Assembly (NCBI GenBank): GCA_041752695.1
Contig: JBGSVZ010000009.1
Coordinates: 1 to 64,000 of the forward strand
Reading direction: 5' to 3'
Length of the DNA: 64,000 nt
Source: Terrimicrobiaceae bacterium
Lineage (GTDB): Bacteria; Verrucomicrobiota; Verrucomicrobiia; Chthoniobacterales; Terrimicrobiaceae
Under the pieces are notes generated by a model. It did not search any database and was not told the DNA's origin. It was given only the letters and a program-made list of their open reading frames with translations. This document shows positions 38,246 through 47,978 of this stretch, piece after piece (the first letter of the stretch is position 1; each line of letters begins with the position of its first letter). Both the position numbers and the translations under genes were made by a program.

Positions 38246-38668
38246 GAATGGTCCGCGAGAACGAAGCCTGATGTCGGGATGCGGAAAGGGTGCGCCATAG
38301 CTCGTTGTCTTAAACGAATCTGGGATCATCTTGTCAATAAACCAAGCCTGACAACTCCGCACTTTGTCAGCGCTCAACGAGTCCGCAAGGGTCCCACGTG
38401 AGTGGTGCGCGTTCGCCGAATGCATGACTAAGGGGCTCGCCGGGGTTTACGGGAGAAGCTTGCCCAAATGAATGGACCGACCCCTCCCCCCCGGGTAGAT
38501 ATATATATTATAGAACAGACCCGACCGGACTCTCATCTTACCGGTTTTTGTGTATCCGATGCCCTCGGTTTGCACCCCCCCACGACCCTCCCGACCACGA
38601 TTGGCGGTCACCTGTCCCCATCTCCAGCAGCGAGCACCGGGAGAACAAACCGTAGAAAGATCTCCCTC

Positions 38669-40711
38669 CTACTTCGCGGGCTCAATAACCACCCAGGCCG
38701 CCCGGGAGGTCACGTGGACGGGGACGCGAAGGACGCCATTTTCCCGGGCGTATCCCACGCCACGGGGACGGTCTTCGTGCAGGTCATACAAGGTCACTCC
38801 CGCAGGCTCAAAGCCCTCGGGCAGACGCAGACTCATCTCACTGTCGAAATTGGTTTCGGTCTTCATCAACTGGTTCATCCGCCAGAACGGTACGACCAAA
38901 GCTCCATCACTGGCGCGGAGCCAGACGTAGCGCTTGATCAAATCGGAACCATTGCTGAATTCCGGTGTGATTTCCTTGGCGCGGCTGAAATCCGCGTTGT
39001 TCGCGAAAAACTCATTCACGCGGCGAACCGCCGTCCAGGCCGGACGCGGACGACTGGCATTGGGGACCACGATGCCGAAGTTGCTTTCGTAGTGGTTGTC
39101 TTTGATTTCGTCCTGTTTGAGATCATACCAAAACACGGCTTCCAGAGGCACTCCATCTAGACGGACGCCCAGCAGCACCAGCCAGAGACGGGAAATGTAA
39201 TCCGCTTGGCGTTCTTCCGAAGTCACGCTGCTGTAGCCTTGATGCGACACGGAGTATCCGATCTCCGTAAGGTAGAGCGGTAGGCGTTTGCCACCCGGAG
39301 TGTGTTTCGCCGCCAGATCGAGCCATCCACGGATTTCTTTTTCAAAACCATCCGGATCGGTCGCCGACTCCAGGACCTCGCCGCTTTCGGGCGCCGCCTC
39401 ACCGCGATACGGATGCGCACTCACCCCATCGACAAACTCCAGCAGCCCAAGTCGGAAAACTTCCTCGGCATATTTGGTGGCGATTTCCTTCGGACCTTTC
39501 AGCAATTCCTTCAGATCTTCGTGCTGCCACGCACCGCCCCAGCCGGAAAACGATCCGGCCACAATCACCGTCTCCGGCGACACCGCCCTCACCCCAGCGG
39601 CAAAGGCCCGCGCCGCATCGACAAACTCCTGCGGCGTGAATTTCCAAAACCCTTTCAGATTGGGTTCGTTATGGAGCTCCACCGCCTGCACGGCAGAAAA
39701 GCGCTTGCCGAGTTCGCCGATCCACTTGGCATAGTCCTCAAACCCCTCCGCATCGCGACCGGCGCCAAACATTGGCCCGAGCAACACTTTTACGCCCCGA
39801 TCCTGATAGCGCTGCAAGTATTCTTCGACGCGCTTCCTGTTGGCGATTCCCACGGAGGCACCCGGCCCCGTGATTTTGAATAATCCCATGTAGAGGGTCT
39901 CACGCACCCAGTTGAAGTTAGCCTCCACCAACCATGGCAAGGTGCGAGACGGACGCCAATGGTCGTTGAAACGCTCCTTGTTATCCGTCATGAAAGCATT
40001 GGTGTGAACGAGATGACCACACACCCCGAAAAGTGAGTCGCCAGTGACGCGCACGCCGGCGGGCAAGGGGCGGGGCAGCCAGGTGACCGGCTTGAATTGT
40101 TCAGGTTGGGCAGCGACCCGCTTGGCCTGCGCCGCGGTCAGATCTTCCGCCGTGGCTGGCTCGGTCGTGAACGTCACTTCAGAAAGCACCACCTGATGGC
40201 GACCTGCGACAAAGACCGTACGCAGGCGGTCCGCGACGACGCCTTCGTCGGGAAAAGTGAAACTGACCTCTTGCAATGGACCTTCCACGAAGGGGATCTC
40301 CTGTTCGAAGTCCGGTGCGGCGAGAAACTCCGTGCCTTTACCGCCCGCCGCATAGAGCCGCACGGCCGACGCGTGGGAGCTGTCGCTGCTCGGGTTGGGG
40401 TGTTTGATCGTCACCTGCATCGCCTTCACCCGCACCGGACCGGAAAACGTCCAGTCGATCGGCATATCCTTGGCTCCCCACTTGCTCCAGACGGCCTGTT
40501 TGCCCGTGGTGTCCACCGCAGTAACGCCGTCATTAAGTTTGTTGCTCTGCGGATCCGTCTTCACCACATGGTCGAGACCGGCTTGCGGGGGATACGAGTA
40601 GGTTGGGCGGGCGGACGGGACGGACTCCGCCGAGGCCGGACCACGAAAGGCAAAGCACAAGGCAAGGGAGAGCAATGGGCGGGAACGAAGGAACGAACGG
40701 GTGATATGCAT
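38669..40711 (-). CDS. Secreted clan GH-A glycoside hydrolase (GH39/GH5-like) with N-terminal beta-sandwich domain
   Basis: Signal peptide; ELHNEPN (acid/base), VSAHPY, YLTEIGY (nucleophile), FWYD, NFGI. Confidence 0.82.
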   Translation of the reverse strand: MHITRSFLRSRPLLSLALCFAFRGPASAESVPSARPTYSYPPQAGLDHVVKTDPQSNKLNDGVTAVDTTGKQAVWSKWGAKDMPIDWTFSGPVRVKAMQVTIKHPNPSSDSSHASAVRLYAAGGKGTEFLAAPDFEQEIPFVEGPLQEVSFTFPDEGVVADRLRTVFVAGRHQVVLSEVTFTTEPATAEDLTAAQAKRVAAQPEQFKPVTWLPRPLPAGVRVTGDSLFGVCGHLVHTNAFMTDNKERFNDHWRPSRTLPWLVEANFNWVRETLYMGLFKITGPGASVGIANRKRVEEYLQRYQDRGVKVLLGPMFGAGRDAEGFEDYAKWIGELGKRFSAVQAVELHNEPNLKGFWKFTPQEFVDAARAFAAGVRAVSPETVIVAGSFSGWGGAWQHEDLKELLKGPKEIATKYAEEVFRLGLLEFVDGVSAHPYRGEAAPESGEVLESATDPDGFEKEIRGWLDLAAKHTPGGKRLPLYLTEIGYSVSHQGYSSVTSEERQADYISRLWLVLLGVRLDGVPLEAVFWYDLKQDEIKDNHYESNFGIVVPNASRPRPAWTAVRRVNEFFANNADFSRAKEITPEFSNGSDLIKRYVWLRASDGALVVPFWRMNQLMKTETNFDSEMSLRLPEGFEPAGVTLYDLHEDRPRGVGYARENGVLRVPVHVTSRAAWVVIEPAK

Positions 40712-40819
40712 GACGAGACTATTTGTGATTAGGAAATGGACTGACGAACGGTTGTGCGAGCTTCCCAAGGGCAAAACGGATCACGTCTTGGCCGCGTGAA
40801 AATCAAATGAGCGGAGCAG

Positions 40820-42148
40820 TCAGGGGGAACGCTTATAGGAAAGCACCCCGGTCGCTTCGGAAAATGTGAGTCCCTTGCCGTTGGTCCAGACATCGTCCGC
40901 CTGGGTAAATCCGGCAACGACAAATGTTGGGCCGAACGTCCTGTTTGCATTCGCGACCAGCGGCCACGAAGTACCGTCGACGAGCGAAGCTTCCGGGACA
41001 TTGATCTGAAAAGCTCCATGGAGAACGACAGCACCGGAGCCGGAAATCTGATTGGCCGCAGAGGGGCCGCTGACGGTGAAGATCAGGGAACCGGCTTCCG
41101 TGAGGGTGACGACGCCGGACTTCACCACGAGATTGCCGGAGAACGTGTTGGCGCCGGCGAGTGCAAGTTCGCCTTTTCCCTCTTTGAAGAGCGCGCCGGT
41201 CCCAGATATCATACCGGCAAGGGTCGTCAGTTTACCGGCGGCAGCTAGGGAAAGCGGGTCATTGAGAGTGATCGCACCACTAAGCACGCCGGCGACCTTG
41301 CTGGAGACCAGGGTCTTGGCGCCACTGCTGCCGGAGCGGACCGTCAGGTCATTGGGAAATGCGGCGGAATTGACCATAAGGGTTGCAGCAGAGGCCCCGG
41401 CGGTGTCCCCGAGCAGAATCTCTCCGGTATTGCTGGTGCCGCTGGTGGCCAACTTACCCCGGTTGACCGTTGTGCCGCCGGAGTAGGTGCTGAAACCCAT
41501 CACCACCACTCCCGACCCAGCCGAGTCAATCACCAGCGAAAGCGGATCGTCGAGGCTGTCGCTGATGCTCAACGGCAGGGCAATGTTCCCCGCACCGGCC
41601 GCGTTGAGGGACAGAACCACCGGACCGGTCCTCACTTGACTGGTGATATTACGGACACTCAGAAGGCTGGCGGAATGGTTTGTCCACGTCTGCGACGCTG
41701 CCAGGCGTACGCTCAACGTGTTGACATTGATGCCAAAGGAAACGTTACCCGAAGTTGCGCTGACCGTGATTCCCCCGCCTCCCAAAATAATATTACGATT
41801 GGCATCCTGGGCAAAAATCGTGGAGCCACTCGTATTAAAGGTGAAGGAATTCGCGGAAAAATTAGCGTCGATACTTACGGTTCCCCCGACCGAATTGGCA
41901 GGACTGGTGTTAAACACCAGGTCGTCATCCGGAGTGTTCGGAGCAATGGTGGCGACCTGGGTGCCGGCAAGATCGGTGAACCAATTTCCCGCCGATGCCA
42001 TGGTGCCTTCATACGTCGTGCCCGAGGAATACGCGGTCTGGCCCCAATAGACTGGGGCGGTAAAACCCGTGGACATGCCCGCGGCCAGCGACATCAGCGC
42101 ACAAAGCGCCGGATTCCGGAGCGCACGGGATTTGAGGGCGGGACGCAT
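40820..42148 (-). CDS. Secreted autotransporter-associated beta-strand repeat protein lacking PEP-CTERM
   Basis: STYSGGTTVN.G.L and ISGTGAL.K.G.G.L.L.GANTFSG repeats; paralog of 42183..43643; ends GVLSYKRSP. Confidence 0.85.
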   Translation of the reverse strand: MRPALKSRALRNPALCALMSLAAGMSTGFTAPVYWGQTAYSSGTTYEGTMASAGNWFTDLAGTQVATIAPNTPDDDLVFNTSPANSVGGTVSIDANFSANSFTFNTSGSTIFAQDANRNIILGGGGITVSATSGNVSFGINVNTLSVRLAASQTWTNHSASLLSVRNITSQVRTGPVVLSLNAAGAGNIALPLSISDSLDDPLSLVIDSAGSGVVVMGFSTYSGGTTVNRGKLATSGTSNTGEILLGDTAGASAATLMVNSAAFPNDLTVRSGSSGAKTLVSSKVAGVLSGAITLNDPLSLAAAGKLTTLAGMISGTGALFKEGKGELALAGANTFSGNLVVKSGVVTLTEAGSLIFTVSGPSAANQISGSGAVVLHGAFQINVPEASLVDGTSWPLVANANRTFGPTFVVAGFTQADDVWTNGKGLTFSEATGVLSYKRSP

Positions 42149-42182
42149 CGATCGGGCCTTGCTCGCCAGTTCTGCTCAGGCT

Positions 42183-43643
42183 TTAGCGGGAGGCCGTGGC
42201 ACGGTTGAGCCGGCGGCTTCCGAAGGCAAAAATGCAGAGGACTCCTCCGAGGAGGAACACAAAGGTGGTGGGCTCGGGGACGGCATAGGACAGCACACCG
42301 GTGGATTCCGTGAAGGTGAATCCGGTGCCGTTGGTCCAGACGTTAGCCGTCTCGGTGAATCCGGTGATGGCGAAGGTCCCACCGTAGATTTCGGCAGTCG
42401 AGCCGAGGGAGACGATGGTCCACGAGTTGCCGTCCACCAGCGAAGCCCCGGTGAGATTGAAGTTGAATGTCCCATCAAGCGTAACCACTCCGATACTGGA
42501 ACCATTGAGCTGGTTGTTCACGCCATTGGCCCCGATGGTGAACGCGAGAGAACCGGCGTTGGCAAGAGTGAACGCACCCGCATTGATGGTGAGATCGCCG
42601 GAAGAGGAATTGGCCCCTCCGATGATAAGCGTGCCAGCGCCGGTTTTGACCATATCGCCGGTGCCGGAGATCGCTCCATTAAAAGTGCCGCTGGTCGAGG
42701 TCAGGAGAGCAAGGTTGGCGTCCAGGGCGAGAGTGCCCGTGAGCAAAACCCCGCCAGTCTGATTGGTTGTGAGAGTTTTGATACCACTGCTCCCGTCACG
42801 CACCGTGATGTTGTTGGTGAAGGCGGATGAGGACCGAACGTTCAGCGTCGCATTGCCGCTGCCTGTGGTGTCGCCGAGCAGGACCGCACCGCTGCCGAGA
42901 CTCCCAAAAGCGCTCAGCGCGCCCTGTTCAATCGTGGTCCCTCCGCGGTAAGTATTCGCAGCTCCCTGAATGGTGACCAGGCCGGAACCGGCGGAGTCGA
43001 TCGTAATGGATAATGGGTCCGCCAGGGTATCGTTGACATTGAGTGCGAAAAGAATATTTCCGGTGGACGCCGCGTTGAGCGTGAGGGGGACGGCACCGGA
43101 ACCAGGGTTGGTCGTGAGGGTGCGGACCGTGAGGGTGCTGGCAGAGTTGTTGGTCCACGTTTGCGAGGCCGCGAGTCGGACCGACAAAGTATTCGTTGAG
43201 ATGCCCACATTAACGTTGCCGGAACTGGCCCCCAACGTGAGGCCTCCACTCCCGAGGACGAGGTTGCGGTTGGCGTCCTGCGCGAGAATGGTCGCGCCAC
43301 TGGTATTGAACGTCAGGGAATTGGCACTGATGCTGGTGTTAACCGTGACCGCCCCGCCGACCGCGTTGGCGGGTGTTGTGTTGAATGTTAGATCATCACT
43401 CAACGAATTCGGTGCCGTCCCGGCGACAGTCGTGCCCGCAGCGTCGGTGTACCAGTTTGCAGCCGTGGCCACATTGCCGCTATAGGTGCCTGAGACGACT
43501 GTTGTTTGTCCCCAAAAATAGGGGGCGGCGAACGCCTTCGGGCTGATGACAGCGAGCGAAAAGACGGCCATCAGCGCCGTGGTTTTGAGCGAACGGGAGC
43601 AGGTTGTGGATTTCATGGAGTGGGTGGGGTTCGGATTGTTCAT
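42183..43643 (-). CDS. PEP-CTERM-anchored beta-strand repeat surface protein
   Basis: Same repeats; C-terminal VPEP, hydrophobic helix, then RRLNR. Confidence 0.9.
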   Translation of the reverse strand: MNNPNPTHSMKSTTCSRSLKTTALMAVFSLAVISPKAFAAPYFWGQTTVVSGTYSGNVATAANWYTDAAGTTVAGTAPNSLSDDLTFNTTPANAVGGAVTVNTSISANSLTFNTSGATILAQDANRNLVLGSGGLTLGASSGNVNVGISTNTLSVRLAASQTWTNNSASTLTVRTLTTNPGSGAVPLTLNAASTGNILFALNVNDTLADPLSITIDSAGSGLVTIQGAANTYRGGTTIEQGALSAFGSLGSGAVLLGDTTGSGNATLNVRSSSAFTNNITVRDGSSGIKTLTTNQTGGVLLTGTLALDANLALLTSTSGTFNGAISGTGDMVKTGAGTLIIGGANSSSGDLTINAGAFTLANAGSLAFTIGANGVNNQLNGSSIGVVTLDGTFNFNLTGASLVDGNSWTIVSLGSTAEIYGGTFAITGFTETANVWTNGTGFTFTESTGVLSYAVPEPTTFVFLLGGVLCIFAFGSRRLNRATASR

Positions 43644-43706
43644 GGGGAAGCGAGGTTGGATGTGAGAGAAACTTAGGGAGTCGGTGAAAATTGTGATAAA
43701 AGAGGC

Positions 43707-44435
43707 CTACCAGTCCGGCCCCGAATAGTGGGACCAACCCCAGGTATAGCCAGCGGGGTTGAGAGGGTGAGGACTGGCATTAAGCAAGGCCCTCGAGAAC
43801 GTCTCCACGTGCCCATCCGCCATGAGGATGTTGCTGGCATCGTTGGGATGCCAGTTGCTCCGGTAATAGGAAGCCGTCTGGGCCGTTTTGTAACCCGGCT
43901 CGCTGGCCCGTACGGTCTGCTCAAAAACCAGAATCGTGGCGGACGGCCTCTGGAGTTGGTCATAGGCGCCGGAGATCGGAACCCGGTTGGTCGCCGCCCC
44001 CTTGCTTAGGATCCCCCGCTGGGCGGAGTTGGCCATGACGTAGCAATTCCCCGACAACGAATGAAAGGCTGGCCGTCCGCCGGCCACCAAATCGGACGGG
44101 CATCGAAAAACCTTTGCTTCCGGCAAATAAGGATGCAAAGGCCGTGTCTCCGAGGTCGGACCGCCCCAGGTTCCCTGTCCGCCCCCCCAGTAATACATCT
44201 GATAGGTGTCAAACGACGGAAACCTGCGGTTGTTTTCCGCCAGATATTGGTGCCAGGCCACGCCGATCTGCCGGAGATTGTTGAGACATCCCGCCTGGCT
44301 CGCCGTCTTTCGCAACTTGACTAAGCCGGCACTGCCAATGGCCACCAGGACACTGACAATGGCGACCGCGGCCAGAAGCTCAATGAGCGTGAACGCCGCG
44401 TTGCGGTGCTCGATTGATGGATTTTGTCTTTGCAT
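43707..44435 (-). CDS. Prepilin-type N-terminal cleavage/methylation plus H-X9-DG domain protein
   Basis: AFTLIELLAAVAIV, C.NNLRQIG, F.CPSD, WH....NILMADGHVE. Confidence 0.9.
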   Translation of the reverse strand: MQRQNPSIEHRNAAFTLIELLAAVAIVSVLVAIGSAGLVKLRKTASQAGCLNNLRQIGVAWHQYLAENNRRFPSFDTYQMYYWGGGQGTWGGPTSETRPLHPYLPEAKVFRCPSDLVAGGRPAFHSLSGNCYVMANSAQRGILSKGAATNRVPISGAYDQLQRPSATILVFEQTVRASEPGYKTAQTASYYRSNWHPNDASNILMADGHVETFSRALLNASPHPLNPAGYTWGWSHYSGPDW

Positions 44436-44465
44436 GGGGGGATTTCGGCTGACCGATTCGGCTCG

Positions 44466-45128
44466 TTATTTTTTCCCGCCCCAGATCGCGATCTCACCGA
44501 CCACCAGCTGGTTGTATTTGCGGGCGGTATGATCTTCGTTCCAGTGGCTGAGATAGACTTTGACATACCGCGCCTTGGTCGGCGCGGACGCGGCGATCAC
44601 GATCTCCGTATTGCGGCCCGCATCGGCTTCCGCAGAGTCCAGGGCGACCTTGGAGCCGTCCCACGTGCCGAGCGGAGAGTAAGTAACTCCGTCCGTGCTA
44701 CCAAAGGCCTGAAAGGTGGCCGTGCCCCGGCTGGAATCCTCCTTAACGGAGGCCGAGACCTTTTCGACATCATAGATTTCATTGAGATCAAAGACCACCG
44801 TCGCGCCGTATTCGCTTTGCCAACCGCCGTAAATTGCCGTGTTGCCCACCCGTTCATTGTAGCCGTCGAGCAACCGTTCCTGGCTCTTTGGCAACTCAAG
44901 AATGTGCGGATCGGTGTTGCCCATGGCCTTTTCCGTGGCATCGCCGGTGACGAAAGTATACGCCGCGGCGGTCGCGATCCGGTCCGGTGACGACACTTTG
45001 CTAGTGGTTCCCGGATAGGACGCGGAACCTGTGCGGGACACATTGTCCGACAATAGGCTGGAAGCTTGAGCAGGCACCACGGCTAAAAACGCGAGGCCAA
45101 TGGTGACGATAGTGGCGTGTAATTTCAT
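44466..45128 (-). CDS. Secreted discoidin/F5-8-like (putative carbohydrate-binding) protein
   Basis: Signal peptide; LLDG, VVFDL, STDG..Y, ARYVKV, GEI.IWG pattern. Confidence 0.7.
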   Translation of the reverse strand: MKLHATIVTIGLAFLAVVPAQASSLLSDNVSRTGSASYPGTTSKVSSPDRIATAAAYTFVTGDATEKAMGNTDPHILELPKSQERLLDGYNERVGNTAIYGGWQSEYGATVVFDLNEIYDVEKVSASVKEDSSRGTATFQAFGSTDGVTYSPLGTWDGSKVALDSAEADAGRNTEIVIAASAPTKARYVKVYLSHWNEDHTARKYNQLVVGEIAIWGGKK

Positions 45129-45135
45129 AAGCAGA

Positions 45136-46185
45136 CTAGGCAAAATTTTGCGCCGGAAGACGGAGGATTCCCGACTTGCGGGGTGGAGCGCAGGACTTGC
45201 GGACGATCAGTTCGCCCCGGATGATTTTTTTCGGGAGTACAAAGAGGTTGTTTTTGAGTTTCCTGTCCACCCATTGGGCGGCCAAAGCACCCATGTCGCG
45301 CAGTGGCTGGCGCATGGTTGTGATGGGCGGATTATAAAAATTGCTGGTGGGATTGTCATCGTAGCCTACCACAGAAATATCTTCCGGCACGCGGAGGCCG
45401 TATTCGGCGCAGGCACTCACCGCACCATAAGCCATGGCGTCGTTGTTCGCAAAAATCGAAGTGACCTCGGGGTGTTTGTCGAGGAGTTGGCGGGCCTGAT
45501 CATAACCCGCCTGTTCGGTCACCGCGGTGGGACGGTGGGGCACGATCCAGCCGGGCTCGGGCAGAACTCCCTCGGCAAGCATCGCTTGTTTGTAGGCCGC
45601 AATACGCTCTTGATTGTCGACCATGCCTTCAATCTGGCCGCAAAGATAACCGATTTTCCGGTGTCCAAGACGGAGCAGGTATTCGGTTTGCTCACGCGCC
45701 CCGCGGTGATTGTCGCAATCAATAAAGCCAATACCCTCGAATTCGGTGCGATTGGCGATGAGCACCGTCGGCACGCGGGCCGCCACCAATTCTCGCGCAT
45801 CTTCCGGGTCGAGAGGCGCAATGAGAACGGCGCCATTACAACGCTTTTTCCGCAGCTGCTCTGTGAGGGTCAACGTCGCGTCCCCATCGCGCGTCCTGGG
45901 GCCGTGGTACAGAAGGGTCGTTTCCACTCCTTGTTCGTAGGCGTAGGTCGAAACACCCGTGAAAACCTGGGCAAAAAAACTGTCGAACGACGTGGAACCG
46001 GCGGACACCACCATCCCGATGCGGGCTCCGCGACGGATATTGTCCCGGGGACGGTAACCCTTGCTTTCGATGACCGCCAGTGTCTTGCGCCTCAGCTCCT
46101 CACTGACGCCACTCTCGTTGTTGATCACCCGCGAAACGGTGGCGACAGAGATGCCGGAGGCCTTGGCAATGGAGGAGATATTCAT
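45136..46185 (-). CDS. LacI-family transcriptional regulator
   Basis: I..IAK..GISVATVSRVIN HTH; LGHRKI, ND.MAYG, VPEDISVVGYDD, PPITT.RQP. Confidence 0.95.
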   Translation of the reverse strand: MNISSIAKASGISVATVSRVINNESGVSEELRRKTLAVIESKGYRPRDNIRRGARIGMVVSAGSTSFDSFFAQVFTGVSTYAYEQGVETTLLYHGPRTRDGDATLTLTEQLRKKRCNGAVLIAPLDPEDARELVAARVPTVLIANRTEFEGIGFIDCDNHRGAREQTEYLLRLGHRKIGYLCGQIEGMVDNQERIAAYKQAMLAEGVLPEPGWIVPHRPTAVTEQAGYDQARQLLDKHPEVTSIFANNDAMAYGAVSACAEYGLRVPEDISVVGYDDNPTSNFYNPPITTMRQPLRDMGALAAQWVDRKLKNNLFVLPKKIIRGELIVRKSCAPPRKSGILRLPAQNFA

Positions 46186-46222
46186 CAGTGGCGAAGCAGA
46201 CAGCAATCTAGGGGGACAACTG

Positions 46223-46261
46223 AAAGTTACGAAACTTTATGATCTAAATATTGAAAGTCAA
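46223..46261 (-). promoter_or_regulatory. Putative sigma70 promoter (TTGACT-N16-TAAAGT) overlapped by a CG-centred LacI-type operator (AAAGTTACGAAACTTT, 46223-46238)
   Basis: On the minus strand, -35 is at 46256-61 and -10 at 46234-39. The palindrome is symmetric except for one pair. Confidence 0.6.
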
Positions 46262-46419
46262 CCCCTGTTTTTCTAAAAAACGCCAAGACGAAGCACCCTA
46301 TGAGACAGTTCGTCCGATCCCCGGCATCCAACTCCCAGCGGGTTCAGTCCGGAGGGAAAAAATCCTCGCCAGCGCGAAGGACACTTCCCCCAAAAGCAAA
46401 TTTGACGACAATCGCGCGG

Positions 46420-46797
46420 ATGAAACTCTTTTCCCTCCTCGTCTGCCTGCTTCTCGCGGCCTGCACCCAGGCCCCCCTGACTCGTCCGGGCGCGGGAAAA
46501 CCCTTCGGCCCTTTAAATCCCGGCGGGCCGGTCTTCCAGCCCGTGGAGATCCTTGTGGCCGACCCGATGCCCGCCGATCCACCCTTTGGCAAATACTTCG
46601 CCAACGATCAACCGCCTGTTCCGCATGGAATGGCCGACCCGTATTGGATCACCGGCTACTGGGGATGGAAGGAACCGGATTGGGAATGGATTGCCGGGCG
46701 CTGGGTGGAACGCCCGCGAGCCGGCGTGATCTGGATCAATCCGCGCTATTATCAAACCGGCGGCCAGCAATACTGGGTCGCCGGGTATTGGGAGTGA
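46420..46797 (+). CDS. Lipoprotein with YXWGXW-type repeats
   Basis: Lipobox LAAC; WITGYWGW, WIAGRW, WVAGYW. Confidence 0.8.
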   Translation: MKLFSLLVCLLLAACTQAPLTRPGAGKPFGPLNPGGPVFQPVEILVADPMPADPPFGKYFANDQPPVPHGMADPYWITGYWGWKEPDWEWIAGRWVERPRAGVIWINPRYYQTGGQQYWVAGYWE

Positions 46798-46799
46798 GG

Positions 46800-47978
46800 T
46801 CAGTCCCGCAGTTTCGCCTTGAACCCGGCAATCACCCCGAGCGCCTCGTCCACCGGGGCCAGCACACTGACGTGCCCCATTTTGCGGCCCGCCCGCGCTC
46901 CGCTTTTTCCATAAAGGTGCAACTTCGCGCGTGGCTCGGAAAGGATCACGCTCCAGTCCGGCTCACCCTTCTCCCATAAGTGCCCGAGGAGGTTCCACAT
47001 CACGACAGGAGTGAGCAAATCCGGAGCCCCCAGCGGCAGGGCGCAGACGGCGCGCAATTGCTGCTCGAACTGACTCGTGGTGCAGGCGTCCAAGGTGTAG
47101 TGGCCGGAATTATGCGGGCGCGGGGCCAGTTCGTTGACTAGCAGTTCGCCGTCCTTCGTGAGGAAAAATTCCACCGCAAGCAACCCGACAACGTCCAACG
47201 ATGCCGCGATGCTCTCCGCAATGCGGCCTGCGTCTGCGATCACTTCCGGCGTAAACCGGGCGGGAACAATCGAGAGGTCAAGAATGTGGTCCTTGTGAAT
47301 ATTCTCGGAGGCCGGAAACGCCACGGCCCGGCCATCCGTGCCGCGGGCCACCACCACCGATAACTCCGCCTGAAAGGGGATCCATTTTTCGAGCACACCC
47401 CGGGGCGCATCGAATTTCTCCCAGACGACCGCCGCGTCCACCGCACCTTCGAGTTTCATCTGGCCCTTGCCGTCGTAGCCGAAATCCGCCGTCTTCAGCA
47501 CGGACGGCGTGCCGATTTCCTCCAGCGCCTCGCGGAGTCCGTCGGCGGACTCCACCACGGCAAACGGCGCATGCGGAAACCCGTTGGCCCGCAGAAAGGC
47601 TTTCTCCCGCTCGCGGTTCTGGCAGATATGCAAAACTTCGCCACGCGGACGCACCGGGGCGCGGCGCTCGACCTCACGGATGGCCGAAAGGGGGATGTTT
47701 TCAAACTCGAACGACACCACATCGACCCCATCCGCAAAATCCCCCAGCGCCGCCACATCCGAGAAGGGCGCGTTGACTTCCACGTCGCTGATTTGTCCGG
47801 CGGGACTGTCCGGACTCGGTTCAAACGCATGCACCCGATATCCCATGCGGCGGGCCGCGATGCCGAACATCCGGCCGAGCTGGCCGCCACCGAGAATTCC
47901 GACTTTCGCACCCGGACCGATGGAATTCCTTTTCGGCAGGGCGGGGGTTTCACTAGACTGTAAGGCTTCTTTTCGCAT
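46800..47978 (-). CDS. purK: N5-CAIR synthetase
   Basis: GILGGGQLGRM, EFENIP, GYDGKGQ, NELAPRPHNSGH, HLYGK...GRKMGH. Start is uncertain. Confidence 0.95.
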   Translation of the reverse strand: MRKEALQSSETPALPKRNSIGPGAKVGILGGGQLGRMFGIAARRMGYRVHAFEPSPDSPAGQISDVEVNAPFSDVAALGDFADGVDVVSFEFENIPLSAIREVERRAPVRPRGEVLHICQNREREKAFLRANGFPHAPFAVVESADGLREALEEIGTPSVLKTADFGYDGKGQMKLEGAVDAAVVWEKFDAPRGVLEKWIPFQAELSVVVARGTDGRAVAFPASENIHKDHILDLSIVPARFTPEVIADAGRIAESIAASLDVVGLLAVEFFLTKDGELLVNELAPRPHNSGHYTLDACTTSQFEQQLRAVCALPLGAPDLLTPVVMWNLLGHLWEKGEPDWSVILSEPRAKLHLYGKSGARAGRKMGHVSVLAPVDEALGVIAGFKAKLRD

